This document shows, piece after piece, positions 1 to 10,086 of a DNA stretch of 64,000 nucleotides. Origin of the DNA: Candidatus Thorarchaeota archaeon (GTDB lineage: Archaea; Asgardarchaeota; Thorarchaeia; Thorarchaeales; Thorarchaeaceae); assembly GCA_046758445.1 (NCBI GenBank), contig JBHIAE010000008.1, positions 1 to 64,000 on the forward strand, in the 5' to 3' direction. The first letter of the stretch is position 1, and every line of letters starts with the position of its first letter. A program made the position numbers and the translations under genes. The notes under the pieces were generated by a model. The model was not told the DNA's origin. It saw nothing but the letters and a program-made list of their open reading frames with translations, and searched no databases.

Positions 1-1092
1 CATCTCCTCCTTGATTGCTACAAACCTACGACCAGATAGGGAAAGACCAGTCACCATGCAGACTAGCGCTGCACCATACGAACCAATTGCAGCAGCAACG
101 CTACCGCCTCCCGGAGTGGCTCTGGCACGCCGAACCTGGTTCCCAAACTCGATAAGGGACATTTCAGTGAAGGTCTTTTTCTTTGGATCTTGGGCCCCTC
201 CAAGGTAGTAGAGGTCTAGAACCATTGAATCATCTAGCTTCTCAGGCTGCAGATAGTACCTGAGAGCATCAAGCAATGCGAATAGTGGAACCATACCAAC
301 TATCTCGGTTTCCACAACAGATGCGCCGAATCTCCGAGCCTCATTTCGCACGACCTCGAGAACCTGGTGAATCTTGGTGCGTCTGGGGTGAGTTAGATTC
401 AGAGAGACTTGGACCATGCCCTTGGCCGGCAAGTCGAGCCCGATGCCCTGAACATTGACGAAGCCTCCTGTAGTAGCTCTAACGGCATCTGCACAAGCCC
501 TCGCTACCTCAACATCTGTTGTGTTCAGATTCAGGTTGAATGCAATTAGGAAGTTGCGAGCTCCTGTTGCAGTAGCTCCTGCTGTCGGGTGTATCTTCTT
601 CGGACCATAGTCAGGATCTTTCAGTGGGTCCTCGCCGATGAGTTCCTTGAGTGCTTCGAACTCTCCCTCTCGTATATTTGGGAGGTCGACTCTCTCTGGA
701 CGAGTTGCTGACTTGTTGTAGAGGTAAACAGGCACCTTACTCCTGTCCGAGAATTCTTGAGCGAACTCCTTCGAGAGCTCAATACACTCACCAATGGTCA
801 CGCCGTGGAGAGGGATGAATGGCACGACGTCAACAGCACCCATTCGAGGATGTGCGCCTTGGTGTTTGGTGAGGTCTATCTTCTCAATAGCGAGTTCCGC
901 AGACTTCAGTGCCGCCTCCTTGACCTTTTGCGGTTCCCCAATGAATGTGAAGACAGAACGGTTGTGGTCTGGGTCGTACTCAATATCCAGAAGTCGAACG
1001 CCTTCTACACTCCGAATGGCATCTGCCAGGGCATCAATCACTTCCTTGCGCCGTCCTTCAGAGAAGTTGGGTACGCATTCTATAATCTTCAA
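1..1092 (-). CDS. ftcD: Glutamate formimidoyltransferase-cyclodeaminase fusion (FTCD), runs off the window start
   Basis: Not in the ORF track; translated manually from TTG at 1092: KIIECVPNFSEGRR, DPDHNRSVFT, HQGAHPRMGAVDVVPF, GARNFLIAFN, then cyclodeaminase motif ATPGGGSVAA. The frame is open to position 1. Confidence 0.93.
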   Translation of the reverse strand, partial: MKIIECVPNFSEGRRKEVIDALADAIRSVEGVRLLDIEYDPDHNRSVFTFIGEPQKVKEAALKSAELAIEKIDLTKHQGAHPRMGAVDVVPFIPLHGVTIGECIELSKEFAQEFSDRSKVPVYLYNKSATRPERVDLPNIREGEFEALKELIGEDPLKDPDYGPKKIHPTAGATATGARNFLIAFNLNLNTTDVEVARACADAVRATTGGFVNVQGIGLDLPAKGMVQVSLNLTHPRRTKIHQVLEVVRNEARRFGASVVETEIVGMVPLFALLDALRYYLQPEKLDDSMVLDLYYLGGAQDPKKKTFTEMSLIEFGNQVRRARATPGGGSVAAAIGSYGAALVCMVTGLSLSGRRFVAIKEEM

Positions 1093-1156
1093 GTGATTCA
1101 CCGATGCCCGCTCGGGACGGCCATACACAAAAGGGTTTGGGACGGGATTGGACGAA

Positions 1157-2053
1157 TCACTCGGAGCCTGCGGGAATGATCTGAGCCTTGTAGGCTGCAA
1201 CGACGTTCTTCAAGAGCATAGATATGGTCATGGGACCGACTCCACCAGGCACTGGTGTCACACACAACGCTTGCTTCCTAACGTTCTCAAAGTCGACATC
1301 TCCCAAAGGGGTGGCGACATCAATCACCACTGCCCCCTCCTTCACCATGTCTGCCGTTATGTAGAAGGTGTCACTCTCATCTTGGCGACGACCAATTGCG
1401 CTCACCAAGACATCGGCCTGTTTCGTGAAAGATGATAGGTCGTGAGTTCGAGAGTGGCATACAGTGACTGTTGCATTTCGATTCAACAAGAGCATTATGA
1501 GTGGCTTTCCAACGATTGTGGACCTGTTTATGATGACGGCATGTTTTCCAGAGAGATCGCTCATGCCGATGGAGTCCAGTATTGTGACAATCCCATGAGG
1601 AGTGGCTGCACTGAGCTCCTCGCCACCATAGAAAAGACGATAGACGCTTACTGGTGAGAAGCCGTCGACATCTTTCGCTGGATCTATCGAGCTGATGATT
1701 CTCTCCTCGTCAATGTGACTGGGCAGAGGGAGCTGGATCAGAATCCCGTGGACGAGAGGATCTTGGTTAAGCCTTTCAACGAGGTCGAGTAACTCCTGTT
1801 GTGAAGTGGTTTCAGGCAGGTCGAAGTGTTCTGAAAGAATTCCGACCTTGTTTGATGCCTTATGCTTCATACGAACATACATCTCAGAACCCGGGTCCTC
1901 TCCAACAATGACAGTAGCAAGTTTGGGCGTCAGTCCGTGCTCATCCACTAAGCGTTCAACCTCTGTCTTGACTTCACTTCTGATGCGTTTCGAGAGTCTC
2001 CTCCCCTTTATCACATGGTCTTCACAGATGGGTTTCTCATCATCCTTAGGCAT
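1157..2053 (-). CDS. folD: Bifunctional methylene-THF dehydrogenase/methenyl-THF cyclohydrolase
   Basis: YVRMK, HGILIQLPLP, KDVDG, TVTVCHSRT, TPVPGGVGPMT motifs. Confidence 0.96.
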   Translation of the reverse strand: MPKDDEKPICEDHVIKGRRLSKRIRSEVKTEVERLVDEHGLTPKLATVIVGEDPGSEMYVRMKHKASNKVGILSEHFDLPETTSQQELLDLVERLNQDPLVHGILIQLPLPSHIDEERIISSIDPAKDVDGFSPVSVYRLFYGGEELSAATPHGIVTILDSIGMSDLSGKHAVIINRSTIVGKPLIMLLLNRNATVTVCHSRTHDLSSFTKQADVLVSAIGRRQDESDTFYITADMVKEGAVVIDVATPLGDVDFENVRKQALCVTPVPGGVGPMTISMLLKNVVAAYKAQIIPAGSE

Positions 2054-2067
2054 TGCAGGTCACCTCA

Positions 2068-3669
2068 TCAAAAGACTCCAGTTATGTTTCCGTCATGGTC
2101 AACATCCATACCGATTGCGGTTGGCTCTTCAGGAAGGCCGGGCAACAGGCGGATGTCGCCCATGTATATGACAACAAAGCCTGCACCTGCACTGACATCC
2201 GCGCCAACAACTTCTGCGACATCTCCGGTTGGGCGTCCCCTCAGACCCTTGTTGTCAGAGAGACTGAACTGAGTCTTGGCAATGCATACTGGCAGATTGC
2301 CGTAGCCTCTCTTCTCTAGTGAGCGGATTCTGCCTCGTGCCCCAGCCACATAATCGACATCTGATGACCCGTAGATCTTGGTTGCGACTTTGGAGATTTT
2401 AACCTTCAGACTGTCTTTGAGATCATATGTGTATTTCACACCGGTGTTCTTTGTGGCTTCAATCGTGTCAACAACAGATTTGGCAAGGGCCATCCCGCCC
2501 TCACTTCCCTTGGTGAATACCTCAGAGACCTCCATCTTCCAACCCTTCTCTTTGCAGAAACTCTTCAGAAGCACTATCTCCTCATCCGTATCGTTGGGGA
2601 ACCTGTTCAGTGCCACAATGGCTGGAACACCGAAACTACCGATGTTCTCCATGTGTGCCTCAAGATTGGGGAATCCAGCTTCCAAGTCATCTCTCCCGTG
2701 CCACTTGAGAGCGCGAATGGTGGTGATAATGACTACTGCATCAACATTGAAGTCACCTACACGAGTGACTATATTGAAGAACTTCTCAGCACCGAGGTCT
2801 GCTCCGAATCCCGCTTCAATCACCACATAATCAAAGAGCCTCAGTGCTATATCTGTAGCAATGACTGAGCTTGTGCCGTGGGCGATGTTAGCAAAGGGCC
2901 CCGTGTGTATCATCGCTGGAGTCCCCTCGATTGTTTGGACAAGGTTCGGCTTCAAGGCATCACGCAACAAGACTGTCATTGCTCCCTCAGCCTTGAGATC
3001 CCTGGCAAACATCTCTTTCAGACCAGGGGTTCTGGCGACTAAGATATTGCCTAATCGTTTCTTCAGATCTGAGTGGTCCTTGGCGAGGCCAAGTATCGAC
3101 ATGACTTCTGAGGCTGCTGTAATGACGAATCGGTCTTCTCGCGGAAATCCATCAAACCTCCCGCCGAGCCCCACAATCACCTTTCTCAGGGCACGATCGT
3201 TCATGTCCACACTACGTGGCCAGTATACTCGTCTGACATCGATTTCGGGCTCCTTTTCATGATGGATGTAGTTGTCAATCATTGCAGAAAGGAGATTGTG
3301 TGCAGCCGATACGGCCGGGAAGTCGGAAGTGAACATGAGGTTGATTTGCTCGAAGGGCAAGACACGAGACTTGCCACCTCCTGCGGCTCCACCCTTGACT
3401 CCAAAGACAGGACCCAGAGACGGTTCCCTAAGCGTGGCAACTGCCTTGTGACCAAGTGCATTCAATGCCATTGAGAGTCCAATGGTGTTGGTTGTCTTTC
3501 CTTCGCCTGCCGGGGTCGGATTGGTTGCAGTGACAAGAATCAGCCTGCCCTTGCGTTCACCAAGTTCTTCACGAATGCCAAGGTTGATCTTAGCAATATA
3601 GTTGCCATATAGCTCTAGGTGTTTCTCAGGAATTCCTGCCTTCTTTGCAACTTCAGTGATTTCAATCAA
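2068..3669 (-). CDS. fhs: Formate--tetrahydrofolate ligase (likely start TTG 3669; ORF track extends to 3834)
   Basis: PTPAGEGKTT, LREPSLGPVFGVKGGAAGGG, GPFANIAHG, EAGFGADLGAEKF, CIAKTQFSLSD. Confidence 0.96.
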   Translation of the reverse strand: MIEITEVAKKAGIPEKHLELYGNYIAKINLGIREELGERKGRLILVTATNPTPAGEGKTTNTIGLSMALNALGHKAVATLREPSLGPVFGVKGGAAGGGKSRVLPFEQINLMFTSDFPAVSAAHNLLSAMIDNYIHHEKEPEIDVRRVYWPRSVDMNDRALRKVIVGLGGRFDGFPREDRFVITAASEVMSILGLAKDHSDLKKRLGNILVARTPGLKEMFARDLKAEGAMTVLLRDALKPNLVQTIEGTPAMIHTGPFANIAHGTSSVIATDIALRLFDYVVIEAGFGADLGAEKFFNIVTRVGDFNVDAVVIITTIRALKWHGRDDLEAGFPNLEAHMENIGSFGVPAIVALNRFPNDTDEEIVLLKSFCKEKGWKMEVSEVFTKGSEGGMALAKSVVDTIEATKNTGVKYTYDLKDSLKVKISKVATKIYGSSDVDYVAGARGRIRSLEKRGYGNLPVCIAKTQFSLSDNKGLRGRPTGDVAEVVGADVSAGAGFVVIYMGDIRLLPGLPEEPTAIGMDVDHDGNITGVF

Positions 3670-3832
3670 TTTGAACACCACGAACCGCTTGGTCTGCAGA
3701 ACACTATCGTTATTGATAAACCAAGCTTTAGGCCTCTGAACGGCTGCATGCCTGCGACTCGGCAAGTGTGCAGGCCTGTGAGGTCCAAAAGAACATAAGA
3801 CGGGCTTTCCCTCTACCGGTCGGCTGATTATC

Positions 3833-5137
3833 ATGGACAGACTCCCGTTGGAAGCACTACCTGACGCATTGCCTGACGCTATTGATGTTGAGAAATACGT
3901 GATCTGTACCTATTATGCAAGATTCCCACCTTTCATAGATGCCAGAGAAGTGGCATGGGGGGCTGCCATTGAACAAAGCACAGGCACGTGGACAATTGTA
4001 CCAGGGGAAACCGCTGCGGTCAGAAAGAGGCATGTTGCCAAGGTCGTTGGGCTGTATGAGGTTCCCCAATACGAATACAGTCTTCCAACTGACTTGGACC
4101 GCAGACACTACATCATTCAGGTGGCGTTCCCGTGGGAGAACTTCGGTCAACAAATACCAATGCTTCTCTCTACTGTAATAGGGAACATCTCGCTTGGGCC
4201 TATCAAGTGTCTAGACATGAGGTTCCCGAAGAGCTGGTTAAAGGGGTTCAAGGGACCCAAGTTTGGCATCAAGGGCCTGAGAAAGTTGATGCGTGTGAAG
4301 AAGAGGCCCTTCGTCAACAACATGATCAAGCCGTGTGTCTATACTTCAGCGAAGATGGGAGCAGACCTCTGCTATGAGGCGGCTGTTGGCGGAGCAGACA
4401 TCATCAAGGACGACGAGCTCCTTGCTAATCCAGAGTTTAACACTCTGGAGGAGAGAATACCTCTGTTCATGGAAGCAATAGATCGTGCAGACGCGGAGAA
4501 GGGAGAGAAGACCATCTTCACAGTGAACATAACAGACAGCATACCAAAGATGTTTGAGAATGCGGAGAGAGCCATAGAACTCGGCACCAACGGTCTCATG
4601 ATTAACTTCCTGGCGGTGGGCTATTCTGCATTCCGCCATGTATGTGAAGACCCATCCATCAATGTGCCAATCCTTGCCCACATGGACGTGACTGGAGCAA
4701 TCTCATATGCCCCAAACATTGGAATAGCCACAAACATAGTCATTGGGAAACTTCCGAGAATCTGCGGCTCGGACATCACTGTGTTCCCAGCACCCTACGG
4801 GAAGGCGCCCATGCTACGTGAGAGATTCTTGCAGATGGCTCACGACATGGTCATGCCTCTACACCATATTGAGCAGACAGCCCCGATGCCGAGTGGAGGA
4901 ATAAGCCCTGGACATGTTGAGGAAGTGATTGATGACTTGGGCCCTAATGTAGTGATAGGAACTGGGGCAGGCATTCATGCGCACCCAGATGGCCCGCGGG
5001 CAGGAGCCATTGCATTTAGACAAGCAATTGATGCCAAAATGAACGGAATCTCATTGAAGAAGGCATCTCAAGAACATGAAGAGCTGAAGAAAGCCATTGA
5101 GTCATGGGGGTCCGGAAGAACTGGTTTTGATTTATAG
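3833..5137 (+). CDS. RuBisCO-like protein (form IV, RLP)
   Basis: EQSTGTW, GGADIIKDDE, MPSGG, HPDGPRAGA. Several carboxylase residues are substituted (KPCV for KPK, HMD for HR). Confidence 0.9.
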   Translation: MDRLPLEALPDALPDAIDVEKYVICTYYARFPPFIDAREVAWGAAIEQSTGTWTIVPGETAAVRKRHVAKVVGLYEVPQYEYSLPTDLDRRHYIIQVAFPWENFGQQIPMLLSTVIGNISLGPIKCLDMRFPKSWLKGFKGPKFGIKGLRKLMRVKKRPFVNNMIKPCVYTSAKMGADLCYEAAVGGADIIKDDELLANPEFNTLEERIPLFMEAIDRADAEKGEKTIFTVNITDSIPKMFENAERAIELGTNGLMINFLAVGYSAFRHVCEDPSINVPILAHMDVTGAISYAPNIGIATNIVIGKLPRICGSDITVFPAPYGKAPMLRERFLQMAHDMVMPLHHIEQTAPMPSGGISPGHVEEVIDDLGPNVVIGTGAGIHAHPDGPRAGAIAFRQAIDAKMNGISLKKASQEHEELKKAIESWGSGRTGFDL

Positions 5138-5178
5138 ACTCTCTTGGTGATTTGCTTCGTGTGTTTGGAGGAATATGC

Positions 5179-6237
5179 ATGGTCGACTTGTCAGAACCCA
5201 TTGATATTGGAGGATTGATGGTAAGGAACCGTTTCGTGATGCCCCCGATGGTGCGTAACCTCGCTACGGATGACGGTGAGGTGACTGAGGAGCTCATTGA
5301 ACACTATGCTGCGCGAAGCAAGGGTGGAGTAGGACTGATCATAGTTGAGGCTGCCGCAGTGGCCTGGGAACACAGCATCATGAAGAGAAATGTGGGAATA
5401 CATGACGATAGACTCATTCCGGGACTTGCCAAACTGGCCGAGGGAATCAAGGCCCACGGAGCTCGTGCCTTCATTCAGATAAACCACTCCGGACCCAAAT
5501 CACATGTTGCCACCAAGTTTGTAGGACCGTCTGCCGTCCCCATAATGAAGAACAAGATTCCTGAGGTCCTATCTGTGAATGAAATCGAAGAGATACGAGA
5601 GATGTTCGTCGATGCAGCGAAAAGGGCAAGGTTAGCTGGGTTCGATGGAGTTGAAGTGCATGGCGCTCATTTCTTCTTGTTGAGTTCCTTTCTCTCTTCT
5701 TACACCAACCAGAGAGAAGATGAGTACGGAGGGACGCTGCCCAACAGGACCAAACTAGTCGTTGATACGGTGAGAAGAATCAGAGAAGAGTTTGATGACT
5801 TCCCTCTGACTCTGAGAATCAATGGGATAGAGAATGTGATCGACGGAATCGACATCGATGATGCAATTCAGATCTCCAAGATTGCTGAGAAAGCAGGAGT
5901 CGATGCTTTGGACGTTTCATGCGTTGTTAATCCAATACATAATCCGGGCATACCAGCGCGATTCTCGAGAGAAACGATACCAGACTTTCTTAACGGGTAT
6001 CCTTTCGATTGCTGCGTTCCATGCGCGGCCAAAATCAAGGCCAATGTTGATGTCCCTGTCATTGGTGTCGGAATGGTACGCAACGCTGAATTCGCGAGAA
6101 ACATTATGGAGAAGGATCTATGCGATTTGCTTGCCATTGGACGCGGGCTGCTTGCGGATTCAGATTTTGCAGAGAAGGTGCTTGAGGGACGGGATGACGA
6201 AATCAAGCCATGGAGAGATCCTAACAAGCGTTCTTGA
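5179..6237 (+). CDS. NADH:flavin oxidoreductase (old yellow enzyme family)
   Basis: RNRFVMPPM, GGVGLIIVE, QINHSG, AGFDGVEVHGAH, NQREDEYGG. Confidence 0.93.
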   Translation: MVDLSEPIDIGGLMVRNRFVMPPMVRNLATDDGEVTEELIEHYAARSKGGVGLIIVEAAAVAWEHSIMKRNVGIHDDRLIPGLAKLAEGIKAHGARAFIQINHSGPKSHVATKFVGPSAVPIMKNKIPEVLSVNEIEEIREMFVDAAKRARLAGFDGVEVHGAHFFLLSSFLSSYTNQREDEYGGTLPNRTKLVVDTVRRIREEFDDFPLTLRINGIENVIDGIDIDDAIQISKIAEKAGVDALDVSCVVNPIHNPGIPARFSRETIPDFLNGYPFDCCVPCAAKIKANVDVPVIGVGMVRNAEFARNIMEKDLCDLLAIGRGLLADSDFAEKVLEGRDDEIKPWRDPNKRS

Positions 6238-6280
6238 TGGTTGGAAGACTTTAATCAGCCCGAAACCCCGATGAGCATTT

Positions 6281-7276
6281 ATGGAATTGTCCAATCTCCT
6301 TCGAGAGGATGTTGTTGAGTGGCTCCTTGAACCCAAGAATCCAAGTGTTCGCTTCTGGGCGCTTCAGCATATCCTCGACAAGAAGCCCGATGAACTAGAA
6401 GTCAGAGAAGCTCAAGAGGCTATAATGAAGACCGACTGCGTGAAGAGGTTTTTGGCGGCCCAGGAAAGCGACGGACACTGGGGAAAGCGTGAAGACATGT
6501 ACAACCCGAAGTACGCCGCCACGACTCATAATCTGCTAATCCTAGCCGAGCTTGGAACAAAGAGAATTCCAGCGATTGATAGGGCCATCGAGCACATGTT
6601 CCTCTTTCAGAGAGACTCGGGACACTTTCTCACTGACCTGCCAAAGACAGAACGGGGACGCGCTAGCGTAGTAAAGGATGGATGCTGTTTGGATGGCAAT
6701 GTACTGTTCTATATGGTTCACTTCGGCTATCTTGATGATCCTCGAGTACAAGCACTGATTGATTTTCAGGTGGACTATTACGACAGAGAAGATGGAGGGT
6801 GGCCCTGCAGAGCGTTCCCAATTGACTCCTCAAAGACATTTCCTGTCAACTGTTACATGGGGGCAGTAAAGGTACTCAAGGGGCTTTCAAGAATCCCTGA
6901 TGAGAAGATGTCACGGAGTGTCCGAAGAATCATTGACCACTATGTTGAGATTGTAATGGAGAACCAGATATACAAGTACCTCAGAGGCCCTGATGGCCGC
7001 CGAAAGGAGAAGGCCGGCTGGAAGAGATTTGGGTTCCCTCTCTTCTACCAGTCTGACGTGCTTGAGGCACTGGATGTCCTTACAGAGTTTGGAGTGAAGG
7101 ACGAGAGAATGCAGGAGTCGATCGACCTTGTTATCTCGACGCGAAGAGATGATGGTAGATGGCTCCTGAAGAACACATACAACGGCAAGATGATCTATGA
7201 TATCGAAGAGAAGGGCAAAGCCTCAAGGTGGATCACCCTGAGGGCCGCACGTGTCCTCAAGCGGTTCTATTCTTAG
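6281..7276 (+). CDS. Prenyltransferase/squalene-cyclase-like alpha-alpha toroid repeat protein
   Basis: QESDGHW, DGGWPC, RRDDGRW QW-like repeats; C-terminal KASRWITLRAARVLK. Confidence 0.7.
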   Translation: MELSNLLREDVVEWLLEPKNPSVRFWALQHILDKKPDELEVREAQEAIMKTDCVKRFLAAQESDGHWGKREDMYNPKYAATTHNLLILAELGTKRIPAIDRAIEHMFLFQRDSGHFLTDLPKTERGRASVVKDGCCLDGNVLFYMVHFGYLDDPRVQALIDFQVDYYDREDGGWPCRAFPIDSSKTFPVNCYMGAVKVLKGLSRIPDEKMSRSVRRIIDHYVEIVMENQIYKYLRGPDGRRKEKAGWKRFGFPLFYQSDVLEALDVLTEFGVKDERMQESIDLVISTRRDDGRWLLKNTYNGKMIYDIEEKGKASRWITLRAARVLKRFYS

Positions 7277-7290
7277 AAAGCACATGAATA

Positions 7291-7809
7291 TCAGAGCCGG
7301 CGTTCTGGGATTCTGACCTGGTAGAGGGCAGTTTCGTGGGAAGATCTCAGCTCGAAGATTCCGATTCCAACCCCATAACAGAAGACCGTCGGCTGAGGGC
7401 TCATCCGGATGAACAACAGTTCGTGGCCTCCGGGATCTGTGTCCAGATTCATTCTTAGTATTCTTTTCTGCCTGAAAGCCCATTGTCCGTCTTCATTCTC
7501 AAAGGGTACGGTGTCTGCCACGCCGCGAAACATGGCGTAGTTCGCGGGGACAAAACGGAGGTAGTAATGAGGAAAGGTGACTACCAGAGATACGTTGGGG
7601 TTTCTCCTGACATGTCGAACCTTCGCATATCTATCGCTCGTCAGTATATAGAATGCAAACTTGGAATCGGGAGGTGATACGCCGTATAGGATTCCAGTGG
7701 AGTGAGGGCGACTCTTGGCGTCAATCGCAGTAAAAACGCCAAACGTCTTCTTTCGGACTTCCTCCTCTATGAAGTCAAATGAGAATCTCTCGTCATTCAC
7801 TTCGTTCAC
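7291..7809 (-). CDS. Pyridoxamine 5'-phosphate oxidase-like FMN split-barrel protein
   Basis: FGVFTAID..RPHST, YAKVRHVRRNPNVSLVV. Confidence 0.75.
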   Translation of the reverse strand: MNEVNDERFSFDFIEEEVRKKTFGVFTAIDAKSRPHSTGILYGVSPPDSKFAFYILTSDRYAKVRHVRRNPNVSLVVTFPHYYLRFVPANYAMFRGVADTVPFENEDGQWAFRQKRILRMNLDTDPGGHELLFIRMSPQPTVFCYGVGIGIFELRSSHETALYQVRIPERRL

Positions 7810-7811
7810 CT

Positions 7812-9392
7812 CTAACGATTCAGGCGGGCATACATCTTCTCGTTGTTCTTGTAGATGTTGAGAAACTCCTTGTACAATTGATCATAGAGGACCCTGTTCT
7901 CCGGGTTAGGATGAAACGTCTTTGAGATCTGAACTAGATTCGGAACATCGTCAAATGTACACAGACCGAGACCCACAGCGCCAATAAGAGCAGCGCCGCG
8001 GGCATTTGCGTAGATTGGGTCCTTGACCTGTCTTATGGTGCGGTCAAGGACATCTGCGTATATCTGACACCATACATCGGACTGAGCACCGCCACCGATG
8101 ATATTCAGTGGGTCCATCCTTCTCTTGATGAATTTCTCAACCAGATTCATGAGCCATCTACTGTTGTAGGCGACACCCTCGAAGACTGCTCGGATGACGT
8201 CTTCGCGTTTCACAGGCAGGGAGATGTTATGCAGGCCACCCCTCAGAGTATGATCCTCAACGGGCGTCCGCTCACCATAGAGCCATGGAGTGAAGATCAT
8301 CTTGTTGCTACCGGGTTGAACCTGCTCGACAGTCCTATCGAACTCCTGGTACACTTCTTGCTTACCAAACTTCTCGGGGTCATCAGGATAGAACAGGTTA
8401 TCACGAAGGAAGGTCAGACACGCTCCAGCAGATTCCTGTTCGTTGGCAGTGAAGTATCTCCCTGGAATTGCGGAGGGGAGAGATGCCATGTTATGAGATA
8501 TGTCTGTCTTTTTGAAAGGAACATGACAGATGACCCAGCTGCTTGTTCCTATGTATATGTGGCCATCGTAGTCTTTCACAGCTCCAGAACCAATGATAGC
8601 GGAGTGCAGATCTGGTGCACCCATTATTACCTTGGTATCGCGACTTAGTCCAATTTCGTCTGCCACTTCACTTGTAACTTGGCCCAGAACATCGGTGGAG
8701 TGCTTCAACGGTGGCAGCTTGCTCCGGTCGACACCAATCTTCCGAATCAGACCATCATCATAGTTGATGTTCCATATATCGCTGGTATTCGTACACCAGT
8801 ACAACATGATACTCGAGTAAGACGCAGCAAACTCTCCGGTGAGCTTTAGATTCAGATAGTCTGTGGGTTCCAAGAACATGTGGGTCTTGTCGTAGATCTC
8901 AGGGTGGTCATGCTTCAAGTACAGAATGTGGGCAATCGGGTCTTTTCCACTACCGCTCGGAATCCCCGCGGTCTTGCGAAGCCATCGAAGAATGTTCAAC
9001 ACACCATAACCTTGGATGTTAATGATTCCCTTCAGCTTCTTCTCAACGTGTGGAGCTCCACGCGAGTCCATCCAGATGATGGCGTTCATCAGGTGGTTTC
9101 CATCGGAGTCAAGAGCCACAGTTCCAGACCATTGGCTCGAGCAACAGACTCCAACTATGTCATCTACTGCAACCAAATCCTTGTCTACTAGTCGTTTCGA
9201 ACAGTTGACAAAGGCTCTCCACCAATCTTTAGGGTCTTGTTCTGCTCCCCCACCCTCCTTGAGATGCAGGGGGGTTTCTTCGAACTCAAACGCCAGTATC
9301 TCACCGCAATTGTTGGCCAGTGCAACTTTCATGGCTGAAGTGCCATGGTCAACTGCGAGAAGGTACTTTTTTTCGTCACTCTCCACCGTCAT
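7812..9392 (-). CDS. FGGY-family carbohydrate kinase (xylulokinase-like)
   Basis: AVDHGTSAMK, AEQDPKDWW, IIWMDSR, IGTSSW, GERTP, RAVFEGVA, GGGAQS. Confidence 0.93.
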   Translation of the reverse strand: MTVESDEKKYLLAVDHGTSAMKVALANNCGEILAFEFEETPLHLKEGGGAEQDPKDWWRAFVNCSKRLVDKDLVAVDDIVGVCCSSQWSGTVALDSDGNHLMNAIIWMDSRGAPHVEKKLKGIINIQGYGVLNILRWLRKTAGIPSGSGKDPIAHILYLKHDHPEIYDKTHMFLEPTDYLNLKLTGEFAASYSSIMLYWCTNTSDIWNINYDDGLIRKIGVDRSKLPPLKHSTDVLGQVTSEVADEIGLSRDTKVIMGAPDLHSAIIGSGAVKDYDGHIYIGTSSWVICHVPFKKTDISHNMASLPSAIPGRYFTANEQESAGACLTFLRDNLFYPDDPEKFGKQEVYQEFDRTVEQVQPGSNKMIFTPWLYGERTPVEDHTLRGGLHNISLPVKREDVIRAVFEGVAYNSRWLMNLVEKFIKRRMDPLNIIGGGAQSDVWCQIYADVLDRTIRQVKDPIYANARGAALIGAVGLGLCTFDDVPNLVQISKTFHPNPENRVLYDQLYKEFLNIYKNNEKMYARLNR

Positions 9393-9604
9393 CGCGAGTC
9401 GCAGAATGGATGGTCAAACCGTCATAAAACCTATTCCTTACACTTGTGAGCGAACTGGAAGAAACTTCTGTGTTCCACCTTTCTCATGTCTGCTGTCACC
9501 AGCTTTCGAAGAACTGTCGTTCTTCAAAATGACATGACCAATGGGCTGAGAAGAACAAGAAGCACAAGAGTGAAAACAGGTCAGTCGGTGATTCAGGAGT
9601 ACTG

Positions 9605-9967
9605 GTGGAGATGGAAGTACCCATAACAGATATGTTCCCATTCTACTATGTTCCTCAGTTCTGGCTGCTAGTCATGTGTGTCCTGACTGTGCCGCCGCTG
9701 ACACTAGTCGCACTTAGGAAACTGAAACGTAGTGGGAGTCTGAAGTTTCCGGCTGGAGGAATAAGCACCCCAGTCAAAGTTGTGCTGACTGGGTTCCTGG
9801 CGTTTGCAGTGCTTCTATTCGCTGGCTACACGCTACATATGGCCGGAGGGCTGCTGCAGATCGGGCTCGATCGGGTTCTGACTGTTTATGGAGTGCTAGG
9901 AGTCAGCGTAGGTCTAATAGCGATCGTTGTGTTCTCCTATGTCATAGTCCATATGTTGAATCTATAG
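9605..9967 (+). CDS. Hypothetical membrane protein (about 3 TM)
   Basis: Three hydrophobic segments; fills the intergenic gap. Confidence 0.6.
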   Translation: MEMEVPITDMFPFYYVPQFWLLVMCVLTVPPLTLVALRKLKRSGSLKFPAGGISTPVKVVLTGFLAFAVLLFAGYTLHMAGGLLQIGLDRVLTVYGVLGVSVGLIAIVVFSYVIVHMLNL

Positions 9968-10086
9968 AGGTTCGCACGTATGCGATTCTCCATATAGGAA
10001 GATATCGCGGCAAGACCACGCTTGCTGCTAGAGAAGCTTCAGAAGGCACGTCATATGTGGGATTCGGGAGGGGTCTCGAAAATGGA

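Noticed and set aside
11-1435. Plus-strand ORFs at 11-1435, and the many other short overlapping ORFs in the track (e.g. 24543-25160, 38354-38968)
   Set aside because: They are antisense or off-frame shadows of well-supported genes.
3833-5137. CO2-fixing RuBisCO (form III)
   Set aside because: K177, R295 and H327 equivalents are substituted, which is the form IV pattern.
6281-7276. Nitrogenase NifH or a full squalene-hopene cyclase
   Set aside because: No P-loop or NifH Cys motifs, no DxDD motif, and only about half the length of a cyclase.
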